From Carpediemonas membranifera BICM (lineage: Eukaryota; Protista; Fornicata): 64,000 nt of DNA. The position numbers were made by a program, and so were the translations under genes. The stretch spans positions 6,972-70,971 of the forward strand of contig JAHDYR010000011.1 of the NCBI GenBank assembly GCA_019828565.1, written 5' to 3'. This document shows positions 1 to 10,260 of this stretch, in pieces. The notes under the pieces were generated by a model that saw only the letters and a program-made list of their open reading frames with translations, had not been told where the DNA came from and did no database searches. Each line of letters starts with the position of its first letter. Position 1 is the first letter of the stretch.

Positions 1-244
1 CATCCGCCTTTCGTTTTTCGTTGGCTAAGACCAGGTCCTCTTCCGTCTCCCTCCCTGCTAGTGCGTAGTCAAGGTCCATGAAGCAATGAACCCTCGTATT
101 CGCCGTTCTCCATGTCTCTTGTATGAGTACTGCCTCTATGTCCTTCAACCTTAGCTGAATCGCCGTTGCCATAGACGCCGTGAAGTCCTTTCCTCTTCCT
201 ATGTGTCCCTCTGTGTTCAGACTAAGTATCTTGTAGGTTACCAT
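1..244 (-). CDS. LINE ORF2 N-terminus (APE endonuclease domain), runs off the left window edge
   Basis: Manual translation from ATG at 244 (not in the ORF track): MVTYKILSLNTEG...IEAVLIQETW, matching APE/EEP motifs I (xxxxN.xG) and II (xxxQET). Confidence 0.8.
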   Translation of the reverse strand, partial: MVTYKILSLNTEGHIGRGKDFTASMATAIQLRLKDIEAVLIQETWRTANTRVHCFMDLDYALAGRETEEDLVLANEKRKAD

Positions 245-575
245 TGCCTTTGTCCTGTTTCCTTATCCTGCGAATTCCCAGAATTTGGGAGCCCCAGCTT
301 CCCGCTCCTCTCCTGCTATCCTTGTCCTAACAAGGGGCCTAGATGCCGGTCTCGGTGACCCTTGTCAGGCCAACCTTGTTACCACCTGGTGACCTTCCAT
401 TCTTCGGGCAGGGTACTTAGGAGGGGGACGATATGACGTGACCCCCCTTTGGCTGCCGCTACAGCCTACCGGCAGTGCATTTCAGCTAATGCCGGGCCCT
501 GGGTGGGAGCCAGGGCTTGTGAATTATAAAGAAAATGTTGCTTGTTCCTTGAAAGAATACTGCTTTACCATGTCC

Positions 576-3500
576 TTACTCCTCCTCCGTGGACTCCCCA
601 CTGCTGCTGCAGCTGTCCTCGGCCTGACTCACTTGCTGTCCTTGTAGACTCTGCATTACCGTGATGAACTGGGTCATCAGGTCCATGGGTGAGATCTGCT
701 TGGCCTTCTTAGCCTTCTTGTGCTTGTGCCGGGGGATCGTGGGCTTCTCCTTGCTGGGCTTAGTCGCGACGCCGGAGAGCACCAACCTTCCGTGGCCTTG
801 CTCTTGCATGAGTCGGGCAGCCTTGAGCGCTGAGATCTCTTGTTGCGCCTCTGCCAACTGCTTTCGGAGCCGCAGCTTCTCCGAGTCCATGCCGGTTGCC
901 TGTCTGCTTCCAGACTCCCAGTCCATGTCCTCTTCGTGCCTGCTTCTCTTTCCGCTGTCCGAGTCCATGGTCCTACTCGTGCTGCCCTCCTTGCGCTTGA
1001 GCGTCGTGGAGGAAGAGTGATCCTTGCTGTTGTCCATGCCTCCCTCTGAGCCTCTACCGGCCCAGGTGTTCCCGCTGAACGAGCCTCTCATCTGCGTTCC
1101 CGTGTTGTCCTGTCTCTCCCTGTCGTCTCCTCCGTGGTTACGATCCGAGGTCCTGTTCATGTTACCAGCTCTGTCGCCGGTTCTGTCGTCAGCTCTGACA
1201 CCAGCTCTACCGCCGGCTCCGTGTCCTACCCTTCTGTCCTCTTCCCTGTCTCCATGCTGGTCGTGATGTCCTTGATCCGCGTCCTGGCCGAAGTGCCTGC
1301 CCACCATCCTGGTGCTAATCCGCCTCGCCTTTTCCTCCAGGCCGTTGTCGAAGAACCTACTTTGGTATGGCTGTTCGGACTTTCCGTCGATGGTGGGGAC
1401 ATACGTGATGCCTGGGACATTGACTGTGTTGGCTCTGGGCTCGTCCTGGATAGCTGCCGAGACTAGTCTGGCCCCTTCCTTGCGCATGCGGCTTAGGATG
1501 GTCCCAGCCTCGCTGACCCTGACCATGCCCCAGTCTCTCGGGATGAAGCTCGCCCCTAGGGTGATCCTACCCCTGTTCCTGGGGGGCCTTGACGTTGACT
1601 ATGACCTTCTCATAGTCCCTGAGGCTCTCTGCTAGGTCGTCGCAGCCCCAGACTCCTTGATGAGCCGTAGCCTCCTTCGAGGGCCACCACTCGTATAGCA
1701 TGGCCATGGTTATGATGTCCTCCTCCCTTGCTGCCCCTAGGCCCTTCCTGACGCGTACCATGCGGAGCTGGTTAGCCGTGGCTCTTTCCATGATGGTCCA
1801 TAGCGGGCTTCTCTCCAGTACACCTTCGTTGTCCATGATTGTGAGGGGGCCAGTAAGATGCCCTTCATGCCCAACAGAACCTCCCCGAACCCGAAGCCGA
1901 TGCCGAAGCGGTGTCCGTTGTCCGGGACTACGAGGATCCTGTCGCCGACTTCCCCTGCTGACGTCCCTTGCGTCCCCGATCGGGTACGTGCCGAAGATCT
2001 CAAAGGTGTCCCTCCTTGTCGCGAATTCCGGGCCTCCCATGATATCCATGCCCGGCTCCGCCTTCCCGACTGCTTCCATGGTCTTGTCGAGTGCCTTACC
2101 CATGTAGTGGTAGACGTCTGGGGTGCTCATCCTCTCCCTTGCATAGGGCCCTGATCCTGGCTGTGAAGACTACTGTATCCGCCAACCCACAGTGGTAGCA
2201 ACCCGCGGTGTGTCTGTGGTACGGACAGACTCCCTTGGGCTCGCTCCTGTTCTGCCATCCATTTGACCATGTTGTTACTGCTTCCAGGTAGTTGGCCTTG
2301 TCGAGGTTGTCCCTGAGGTTTTGGCCAGCCTCCTCCTTGCCGTTGTTCTCCAGGATCTCTGGTAGCTTCTTCTCGTCCACCAGCCTAGCTTGGAAGAATT
2401 CCCTGGTTCCTTGCTCCAGTCCATTTGTGGGGTTCGTGAGGAGGAAGCTTTCCATCTCCACCCCCTTTGCATACATGATTATCTTCCAACCCTCCGACCT
2501 TTCGATCCTTGCCAGCTGAGCCGCCAGGCGGTTGGCCCAGTCCCTGAAAGTATGTATGTGCTTCTCATACTCGATCGGCGGCCGCCCCGTCCCGACCTCC
2601 ACGAAGGTGGCCGGCGGCAGCCCCGTCACTGCCCATGCCGTGTACCTCGCTTGGTCCATGCTTGCTGCCGGTATGTCCTGGTAATACAGGCCATGCCCGT
2701 GTCCAAGAATGTCCCCAGTGCTGAGGTCAAAGAGTACGATCCCGCCCTCAACCGGGATGGCAGGGATCCCTGCCTTCTTGACGCCAGGGTCTGCGCACTC
2801 GAAGTCGATGGCTCCGATCACCAGTCGTTTCTCCTTGTCCTTTCTAGGCATCCTCGGCGGCTGGCTGCTGACCTTGTTTGAGTCGACCTCCTCGTCCTGG
2901 TCGATCTTGCCTTGGTTGGCCCCGACCATGTCCTTGTTCACTTCCAGGAGGCTGTCGTCGAGGCTTCTTCTGCCGGGCATGGTGGCCTGCTGGCGTCGTT
3001 CCTCCTTGTCCTTGACATGTTGCTCCTCGTCTCCGTCGATGACCGTGCTAGCGGACGACCTGTCCAGATCGGCATGTTCGTCCCTATTGCTGCGGACCGA
3101 GGTGGCCTTGAGCACTTCCAGCCTCACCTTCCGGAACGGCGGCTCGTTGCTAAGGGGGTCTCCTCCCCTTCGCCCAGGATATTGGTTCTGCCCTTCAGGT
3201 AGATCCCTGACTTGTTCCATGCTGCCTGCCATATGGCCGGGGCCTCCGGTGCCTGAAGCCTGAGGATGTCCCTAGCCTCCTCCATGAAGCGGCTGATGGA
3301 CCATGCTGACGTGTCGCTTAGCTCTAGGATGACCCTGTACTTGCCGTCCTCTTGCTCGTAGGCCACTCTGGTGACCGGGCCTTGGTTTGCCGGATCCCAT
3401 ACCTTGTCGTAAGGCACGCCTTCTACGGCCTCGTCTCCATGAGCCCCTGATACCAGTATGAACGACCCTTCGGCCTTCTTGACGCTGTCCCTGTCTACAT

Positions 3501-4080
3501 CCCATTCGATGGGCCCATCTTCCTTCGGCTTGAGGATCGCCGTCTCGATGTCCTTCTCAGATGGCCATCTTGCCATGCCAGTGAAGCCCGCTTTCAGCGT
3601 CTTGGGCTCCAGTGCCTGTGCCATGTCCTTTGCTTCCTCGTCTCTGGGGTTGAGCGCCTCTGTGAGCATGTAGAAAAGGTCGCGGAGGCCGTGGATGCCG
3701 CATGGGTTCCTGAGGATGATGTCCTTGTTGTCAGTGACGCCGGTTGCGAAGAGGATGCGTCTGGCGTTCATGATTACTTCCTTGCGTCCTTTGGAGTTCG
3801 CATTGAGCGACTTTCCTGTGAACTTGCCTGTTCTACGAAGAAGTAGAGTCCTTGAATCGTTCCTTTCAGCGAGAAAGCTGTCCAGTAGTTCCCTGATGTC
3901 CTCCCACTGCTTCTGCGTGGAATCCCTGATCCTTGTCGGTATTTCTACCTGCATTGTTGAGTGCAAAATTTCTCCCCTTTTCCTAGTCCATAAACTGGGT
4001 CGGAATTTTTGGGTCCGAAAGTCGGGCCACATGTACATATCCGGGTGAGGTCTCCGTCCAGGCCTTCCAGTTTCTCCCAT
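576..4080 (-). CDS. Putative LINE ORF1 region, broken into 4 ORFs (3124-4080, 2096-3232, 1567-2130, 576-1526); contains a DEDDh/MAEL-like nuclease domain and a C-terminal coiled coil
   Basis: The ORFs overlap or abut in different frames. Motifs IDFEC, IPVE, TGLP, YAKGVEMESFL, CPYH, HCGLAD; coiled coil EKLRLRKQLAEAQQEISALKA. Confidence 0.55.
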
Positions 4081-4696
4081 TGTCCATGCTCCGTACTATA
4101 TAGGCCATTCTTTCAAAAAGGCGCGGTCCTAAAAATGCGTCGCCCTTTTCTGAGTAGCGGGGCCTTTCTGTGTAGTTGTTGTTGCTTTGTTCGTAGTCTC
4201 CTTTTAGCCTCTATCGACGGCCCCTGTTTCCCTTTTGTGCTGCCCTTCCTTCCTTGTGGTCTTGACAAAACCATGTAGCCGCCGGTGCTAGCACTGGCCC
4301 TCGACGGTTGTTTTCCTTTTCCTTGTAAACATACGTTCCATGAAGACACTTTGATTCCTTGGTATGGGCGTGGAGCTCCCACTCGCGCCCAGCGGTATGC
4401 CCTGATAGCAACCCTTGAATGTTCAGACAGGAGGCCAAGGCCGCTCCTTCTGAGCTCCATGGGGCACTGCCCTATCCATATAGGCCAGGCCTGTTGGTCC
4501 TTGTCCATCCATGATCGAAGTGTTTCCACTTTGCTGAAATCATTGGTGAACTGACCGTCGCTCCCCTGGGAGGTTTATACCGATGCGAGTGATTACGGGA
4601 TTGCCCGGCTGCGCGAGTCTGCTGGTGCGATCGACGAAGAATACATTCTGTTGGCTGCCTTACCCTGCCTTTTACAGGTACGTATAAGTGGTAGGC

Positions 4697-7600
4697 TTAT
4701 GCTTTTCCGAGAAATATATCTAACGCTTCGCAGTCCTTGACGTTCTCGTAAGGCTCCCAAGTGTCCTCGCATGGCTCATACCCTTTCCAGTGCACGTGGA
4801 ACTTCCTATTCTTGATCGACTTCTCATTGGATGAATCGTAAATGCACTCGACAACGTACTCGGCATCAGTGGTCGCTGCCAGGGCCTGTGCTGAGTCGCG
4901 TGACAAGTCACCCTCGAAAGACCTCACGCGCTCGGATGCTACCCTGAACTCCTTACCCGAGTTCACGTCTCTCACATTGTATGCTACCGGTAAGTTGTCG
5001 ACGATAACCGGGCTCACTAGCTGCATTGGGCCTCGCCAACCTGCCGCAAGCTTGGAAGGTGGCTTAGTCGGATACTTCACCAGCACCCACTCTGAATCAA
5101 TAACCGGCGGGGACCCAACCCGGTTGCGCGCGTCCTCTTGCATGGCTCGGATGCGTGCCGCGGCCATCTGTCTCGCGAGTTTCACCGCCTCGCCATTATC
5201 TGCCGGATAGTCCGCGCTGTCATCTTGGCTCGTGAAGACAATCTCACTCGGCACTCGCATGTCGCTTCCAAAGATAATCTCAGCCGGCGTGAGGTGATGG
5301 GCCGCTCTGGGTGTTGAATTAACAATAAATTGTGCCACTGGTAAACAGTCGACCCAATCCTCGGTCTGGAGCTCATACTTCCTGGAGCGCAAGATTCGTT
5401 CGATTCGAGAGTTCGCCCGCTCTACAATCCCATTGGACTGCGGGTGATACGGAGTTGTGATATGGGTCGAGAACCCGACTCGACCAGCAAGATCCTCGAA
5501 CAAACGGTTTGCAAACTGGCGCCCTCCGTCTGACTGGAGAACTCTAGGCGCCCCGTACCGTAGTAGCCACGTATTCGTAAATGCTCTTACTGCTTCAAGG
5601 GCCTTCGTAGTCCGTAGGGGTACCAGCTCTGTCCACCTTGAGGCCGTGTCAACCATTACCAAGATATAGCTGAAACCGTTGACCTCTGGTAGCGGGCCAA
5701 TCGTGTCAATCGCTACCTTATCAAACGGAGTTACACTCGCTGTGTGCAAGTACGACCGCTTGGCGTCCTCTGGCTTCGCCGTGAGCTGACAGACTGGGCA
5801 CTTGTTAATTACCTCTGCGACTTGGTCAATGGGGGCTCGCTTCCCTCTCGCCTTCAACAGCTCGACTGTCGTATAAAGGGGGAGATGGGCTTGACCGTGG
5901 AGGTGAGCGTCATGGATCTCATTCTCTGTCGCGGTCGGGGTCTTGGACGCAGCAAAGACTCTGCTCAATCCATCCGCTGCTCCATTATCTACTCCAGGGA
6001 CGTGTCGTATTGTGAAGGGGAGGTCTGCGATCGATTCATACCACCTTTGGACCTTAGCGTTTGATGAACGGGCCATATAAATGAGATTACGGTGGTCGGT
6101 CAGCAGCGTGAAAGGGGTCCAGACCAGGAAACGGCGCCAGCGTTGAAGCGCAGAGACGATAGCATATGCCTCCTGTTCTATCGTGCTCCATCTTGTCTGT
6201 ACATCTGTGAACGCCTTCGACATATAACTGACCGGCTTTCCATCCTGCAGGAGGACACCTCCGATCCCTACGTCCGACGCGTCGGTCATCACCACGTGGC
6301 GCTTTGTCACGTCGAAGTGTTGTAAGATGGGTGCGGAACACAGTAGATCCTTCACCAGGGCCAAGGCTTTGGTCTGCTCTGGGGTGCCTAGCCCAATCTT
6401 ACCGGCTGCCGCGAGTGCCAATGGTCGCGTGACCATGGAAAAGTGTGGCACGAAGTCACGGACGAAGTTCAGAAATCCCATGAGTGCCTGGGCCGCCTTT
6501 CGGGACTTGGGTAGTTTGAGCTCTTGGATGTCATGTACCCGGTCGGCAGCAATACCGTAGCCCTCACCTGAAACTGTCCAGCCAAGGAACTCGACTGTAG
6601 ACTGGCCGAAATGTGACTTCTCGGCATTGAGGCGAAGATTCAGTTCATCCGCTCGCTTGAGGACCTTCGTCAGGTTGACGATATACTCTGCCTCTGTTCT
6701 TCCGAAGACTACGATGTCATCGATATAAATCAGGCAACTGGCTCCTAGTAAATCTGCGAACGCCCGCTCCATCGAGTACTGAAAGTGAGCACCCGCGTTC
6801 TTCAAACCAAACGGCATGCCCGTATACTGGAACTTGCCCCTCGGCGTATTGAACGCCGTGTACTGGCGCGAACGTTCGGACATCTGAATCTGGTGGTACC
6901 CTGCCGATAAATCTAGGGTGGCGAACACCTTGGATGCGCCTAACTTCGCTAAACACGTCTGTATCTCCGGGATAGGGTACTCGAACGGCTCCGTCTCGTC
7001 GTTGATCTTACGGAAATCTACGACCATGCGTGTCTTGTCCGGACCCTTCGGAACCAGGAGCACCGGCGAAGCATATGGGCTGAAAGACTGCTCGACGTAC
7101 TTCTTCTCGATTAGCTCGGCGAGATGTTGGTCGAATAAGTGCTCGCGCTGGTATGGGACGTAGTTAGACCGTGACGCGATCACCCTGTCCGACTTGAGCA
7201 CAAGGTCATATGGTTCTAGATTGCTGAAACCTTGCCGGTCGTGGAAACAGTGGTCATAGCGGGCCAATATCCGACTCTGCTTATCGTTCATATCCGCTCG
7301 CAAACTGTAGAGTCGTCTCTCAAGACGCTCGAGTGTCGATGGGAGCTGGGCGTCCTCTTCGATCGACGAGTCGCTCGACCTAGCTCCAACATGTGGAAGA
7401 ATGCCCCAGTCCACCATGACTGCATAGTTCAAGAGCATGTCATACTCCATCTCAACTGCATACGCGGTCACCGTCGCCTCGACGCCCTTCGGGGTCATCG
7501 GCGACTTGTCCATGATTACTGGGACCTCATAGGTCGTGTCTGTCTGGATTCTGCCTCCGGGTGACTTGATGTGTATCGGGCTGGCTAGCTTCGTCGCGTT

Positions 7601-8686
7601 CAGTCCCGCTTCCTGAGCTGAGGCGGGGTTAACGAGCGGGATGTCCGCACCACAATCGAATAGTATGCGTCCCCATGCGCAGCCGTCCACTGCACCCGAT
7701 ACCACAGGCAATGATGGAGTTGTCTCGCCAGCCATAGTCCAAACGCGCGCCGGTGTCGAGTAATTGGTGTACTTACGGTCGTTTACAGGAACTGGGCCTG
7801 TCGACCGGCAGAACTTGGCCATGTGGCCCAGCTTTCCACACTTTGCGCACTTGATCTTATCTCTCTTACAGTCCCGGGCGAAGTGACCTTGCTTGCCGCA
7901 GTTCTGACACTGCTTACTGGCTCTGTCGGGCCGTCTCGTATCAGGCTGGAAACTGGAGTGGTTGTACGCGTGCGGTGGCTCAGGAGCTTGGCGTTGGAGG
8001 GGAGGCTGGTCAGGTCTTGCCTGTTGACGTTCTTGGCGGCCCGGACGGGCTCTGCTAGACTTGACGCGGCTTCCAGGATGTGTTAACGACACTGGATGGA
8101 GGGATGCGTATGATTCAGAGATGAGACGAGCTTCCTCGAGCTTCTTGCAGATCATAAGAGAGGTAATGAAGGTCTCATCGAGCGACATTCCTACTACGGC
8201 GTCTTTGACCTCCTCGCGGAGGAACTCGTCCAGGATTCCGTTCAGGAACATCTGGCGGATCGTAGCAGGCGCCAGATCAGGCTTGATGATGCGGTACCTT
8301 GTACGGAACTTGTCCAAGTACTGTGTGAAGCGCCCCGAATGGACGCCCTTCACAGAGAGCTGGAATAGTTGGCGCTGTAGGATAGCTGATTGAGGTTTGA
8401 TGGCGTCAACGACGGCCTGGAAAGCTAGGTCTTCCGCTCCGGACTTTTTCATACGGACTTGCGGTGCGCGAAAAATAAGGGAGGATGATGTCTTCTGTCT
8501 CCTCGCGCGGCGGTACACCTGCTTAACATCAACACCCGATGAACTGCAGAATGTTAGAACTGCAGGGCCTAAGCGCTTAATGAGGCGGCGCTTTCCACCG
8601 GCCTGAACATGTCTCGTTAGCTTTTCGTGAAATGCCAGAATGGCACTAATGCTTGGCTCGTTCACTGACGGGCCGTTTTCAGTCAT
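4697..8686 (-). CDS. Ty3/Gypsy chromovirus gag-pol polyprotein, uninterrupted 1329 aa (Gypsy A)
   Basis: Two CCHC knuckles, protease LFDCGA, RT (LDLSAGYHQ, MPFGL, YIDD), RNase H (TDAS, EQEAYA, TDH, ADGLSR), integrase H-H-C-C and D-D-E, GP(Y/M) motif, chromodomain (YVVE...VHWKGY..DTWEP). Confidence 0.97.
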   Translation of the reverse strand: MTENGPSVNEPSISAILAFHEKLTRHVQAGGKRRLIKRLGPAVLTFCSSSGVDVKQVYRRARRQKTSSSLIFRAPQVRMKKSGAEDLAFQAVVDAIKPQSAILQRQLFQLSVKGVHSGRFTQYLDKFRTRYRIIKPDLAPATIRQMFLNGILDEFLREEVKDAVVGMSLDETFITSLMICKKLEEARLISESYASLHPVSLTHPGSRVKSSRARPGRQERQQARPDQPPLQRQAPEPPHAYNHSSFQPDTRRPDRASKQCQNCGKQGHFARDCKRDKIKCAKCGKLGHMAKFCRSTGPVPVNDRKYTNYSTPARVWTMAGETTPSLPVVSGAVDGCAWGRILFDCGADIPLVNPASAQEAGLNATKLASPIHIKSPGGRIQTDTTYEVPVIMDKSPMTPKGVEATVTAYAVEMEYDMLLNYAVMVDWGILPHVGARSSDSSIEEDAQLPSTLERLERRLYSLRADMNDKQSRILARYDHCFHDRQGFSNLEPYDLVLKSDRVIASRSNYVPYQREHLFDQHLAELIEKKYVEQSFSPYASPVLLVPKGPDKTRMVVDFRKINDETEPFEYPIPEIQTCLAKLGASKVFATLDLSAGYHQIQMSERSRQYTAFNTPRGKFQYTGMPFGLKNAGAHFQYSMERAFADLLGASCLIYIDDIVVFGRTEAEYIVNLTKVLKRADELNLRLNAEKSHFGQSTVEFLGWTVSGEGYGIAADRVHDIQELKLPKSRKAAQALMGFLNFVRDFVPHFSMVTRPLALAAAGKIGLGTPEQTKALALVKDLLCSAPILQHFDVTKRHVVMTDASDVGIGGVLLQDGKPVSYMSKAFTDVQTRWSTIEQEAYAIVSALQRWRRFLVWTPFTLLTDHRNLIYMARSSNAKVQRWYESIADLPFTIRHVPGVDNGAADGLSRVFAASKTPTATENEIHDAHLHGQAHLPLYTTVELLKARGKRAPIDQVAEVINKCPVCQLTAKPEDAKRSYLHTASVTPFDKVAIDTIGPLPEVNGFSYILVMVDTASRWTELVPLRTTKALEAVRAFTNTWLLRYGAPRVLQSDGGRQFANRLFEDLAGRVGFSTHITTPYHPQSNGIVERANSRIERILRSRKYELQTEDWVDCLPVAQFIVNSTPRAAHHLTPAEIIFGSDMRVPSEIVFTSQDDSADYPADNGEAVKLARQMAAARIRAMQEDARNRVGSPPVIDSEWVLVKYPTKPPSKLAAGWRGPMQLVSPVIVDNLPVAYNVRDVNSGKEFRVASERVRSFEGDLSRDSAQALAATTDAEYVVECIYDSSNEKSIKNRKFHVHWKGYEPCEDTWEPYENVKDCEALDIFLGKA

Positions 8687-8690
8687 TTGA

Positions 8691-8702
8691 AGTAATATTA
8701 CT
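8691..8702 (-). other. 12-bp perfect palindrome AGTAATATTACT at the PBS position of Gypsy A
   Basis: Overlaps the last base of the LTR (...CCACA) and ends 4 nt before the gag ATG; no TGG-type PBS. Confidence 0.8.
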
Positions 8703-8797
8703 GTGGTTTGACTATACCTGTTTTACTGGGAGAATAGACTTCGACACAGGGGTGTCGAAGTCAATCCATAAATGTTCTTAAATTGTACTGACTGACA
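8702..8797 (-). repeat. Putative 5' LTR of Gypsy A (~96 bp, TG...CA)
   Basis: Minus strand TGTCAG...AAACCACA directly upstream of gag; abuts an unrelated integrase fragment. The partner 3' LTR is not found in the window. Confidence 0.6.
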
Positions 8798-10260
8798 CCT
8801 TCACTCGCCAGTGGGTCGAAGAGTGCCCCATATGCCAGAAGGCACGGGAACCGGGGCGTACGAGAGTCCCCTGGAACTCCACGCAGCACAGGCAGCCATT
8901 CGAGGTGGTGCAGCTTGATACTATCGGGCCCCTCCCCCAATCACCGCACGGCAACCAGTACGTTGTCGTAGTCATTGATGCGTTCTCGAAGTACGTGGAC
9001 GTCTACCCGGTGAAGAGCACCGACGCCCAGGGGGCGGCCGAGGTGGTCGCCCGCGTGTGTGGTCGATGGGGAGTACCACAGACGATCCAGACTGACCAAG
9101 GCTCGCAGTTCCGAAATGAACTCGTCAACCAAGTCACGACTCGACTGACCCTCAACCATCGATTCTCCACCGCATATCATCCTGCTAGTAATGGCATAGT
9201 GGAGAGAGCCAATGGCACGTTGGTCCGAGCTCTACGCAAGCTGTTGTTGGAGGCGGAAGACGACCAGTGGGAGCACTGGCTCCCCGGTCGCGCAGCTGGT
9301 GATTAACAGCGCGCCACACAGCACGCTAGGGGGCATGAGCCCACTCCAATGCCTCTTCGGCATCTCACCCGCCGTTCTTAAGTCGGCCGAGCAGTTGGCA
9401 CCGATGGCGGAGGCTGTCGGGGCCCCGGCGGATCTGGCAGAGTGGGCACGGGCTCGGCAGGGCTTCAGAGCGGCAGCGGAACAAGCGGTGGGTGAGTATG
9501 AACGCCGCCAGGCTGCGAAACAGCCGGCTGAGTCTCAGTCTAAGGTACGGACTGGCGACCTCTATTTTGTGAGGTGGGCAACGAGACAGACGAAGTTGAC
9601 TGCTAAGGCCCGTGGACCGATGCAGGCCGTCGGGCAAGGGGAAAGCCCGAACACCTGGCGCATGAAGGACTTAATCTCGCACAAGGTGGTACTGATCCAT
9701 GAGGAACGGATAAGCGTGGCTAAGGTCTCGATGGAGCAAGCGGTGCGCTTAGCGGCACGGGATCATCAGGAATTCGTTGTCGAAAGGATCGTAGGCCACA
9801 AGCTCGGTGGTAGGAAGAATCGTTCGGCCATCTTGATCGAATGGGCCGGTTTTGAACCAGATGAAGCCACTTGGGAACCGTTGAACGCGGCGAATGCGCA
9901 GCTAAGAGCTCTGGACGACTATTTGGACACTTTGACATCAGTAAGTAGGAAAAGGCTGGAAGGAACCATCCCGAAGCGCCATTAGGGAAATGTCGACGAC
10001 GAACTTCGTTGTTGCGGACTCCTCGACGATTTATCGACTCCTGGACTATCCGCCGACTTCTGGACGATTACGTCAAGGGTCAGAGATTTGCCCTGGATTT
10101 TTTTTTTCTCAGGAGTGAGGATTTATTTTTTTGGGTGGGGAGGGGGTAGTGTGATATATATACATATAATATATATACATATAATTACCCTCTACATATA
10201 ATCCCCTGATCTCGATACGGTCAATGGCCGTCTCGAATCGACACAATTGGTGTCGCCACA
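8798..10260 (+). mobile_element. 3' fragment of a Ty3/Gypsy chromovirus (Gypsy B): integrase-chromodomain with one frameshift (~9290), PPT and 3' LTR
   Basis: ECPICQ, LDTIGP, IDAFSKY, TDQGSQF, SNGIVERAN; chromodomain EFVVERI...IEWAGFEPDEATWEP; PPT GGGTGGGGAGGGGGTAG 10133-10149. Confidence 0.9.
10150..10260 (+). repeat. 3' LTR of Gypsy B (TGTG...CACA, 111 bp)
   Basis: Begins immediately after the PPT with TGTG and ends in CGCCACA; AT-rich 5' half. Confidence 0.65.

Larger units (their letters stand above)
1..4100 (-). mobile_element. APE-type non-LTR retrotransposon (LINE), 5' part; 5' end uncertain (4100-4600)
   Basis: A chain of same-strand overlapping ORFs (4080->576), a ~330 bp spacer, then an APE ORF2 start; purine-rich sense strand throughout. 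Confidence 0.65.

Noticed and set aside
4550-4696. Expected PPT and 3' LTR of Gypsy A
   Set aside because: No match to 8702-8797 found; probably displaced by the LINE, so not annotated.
10152-10202. (TA)n microsatellite as an RLE target
   Set aside because: It lies within the Gypsy B LTR and is not at a non-LTR junction.
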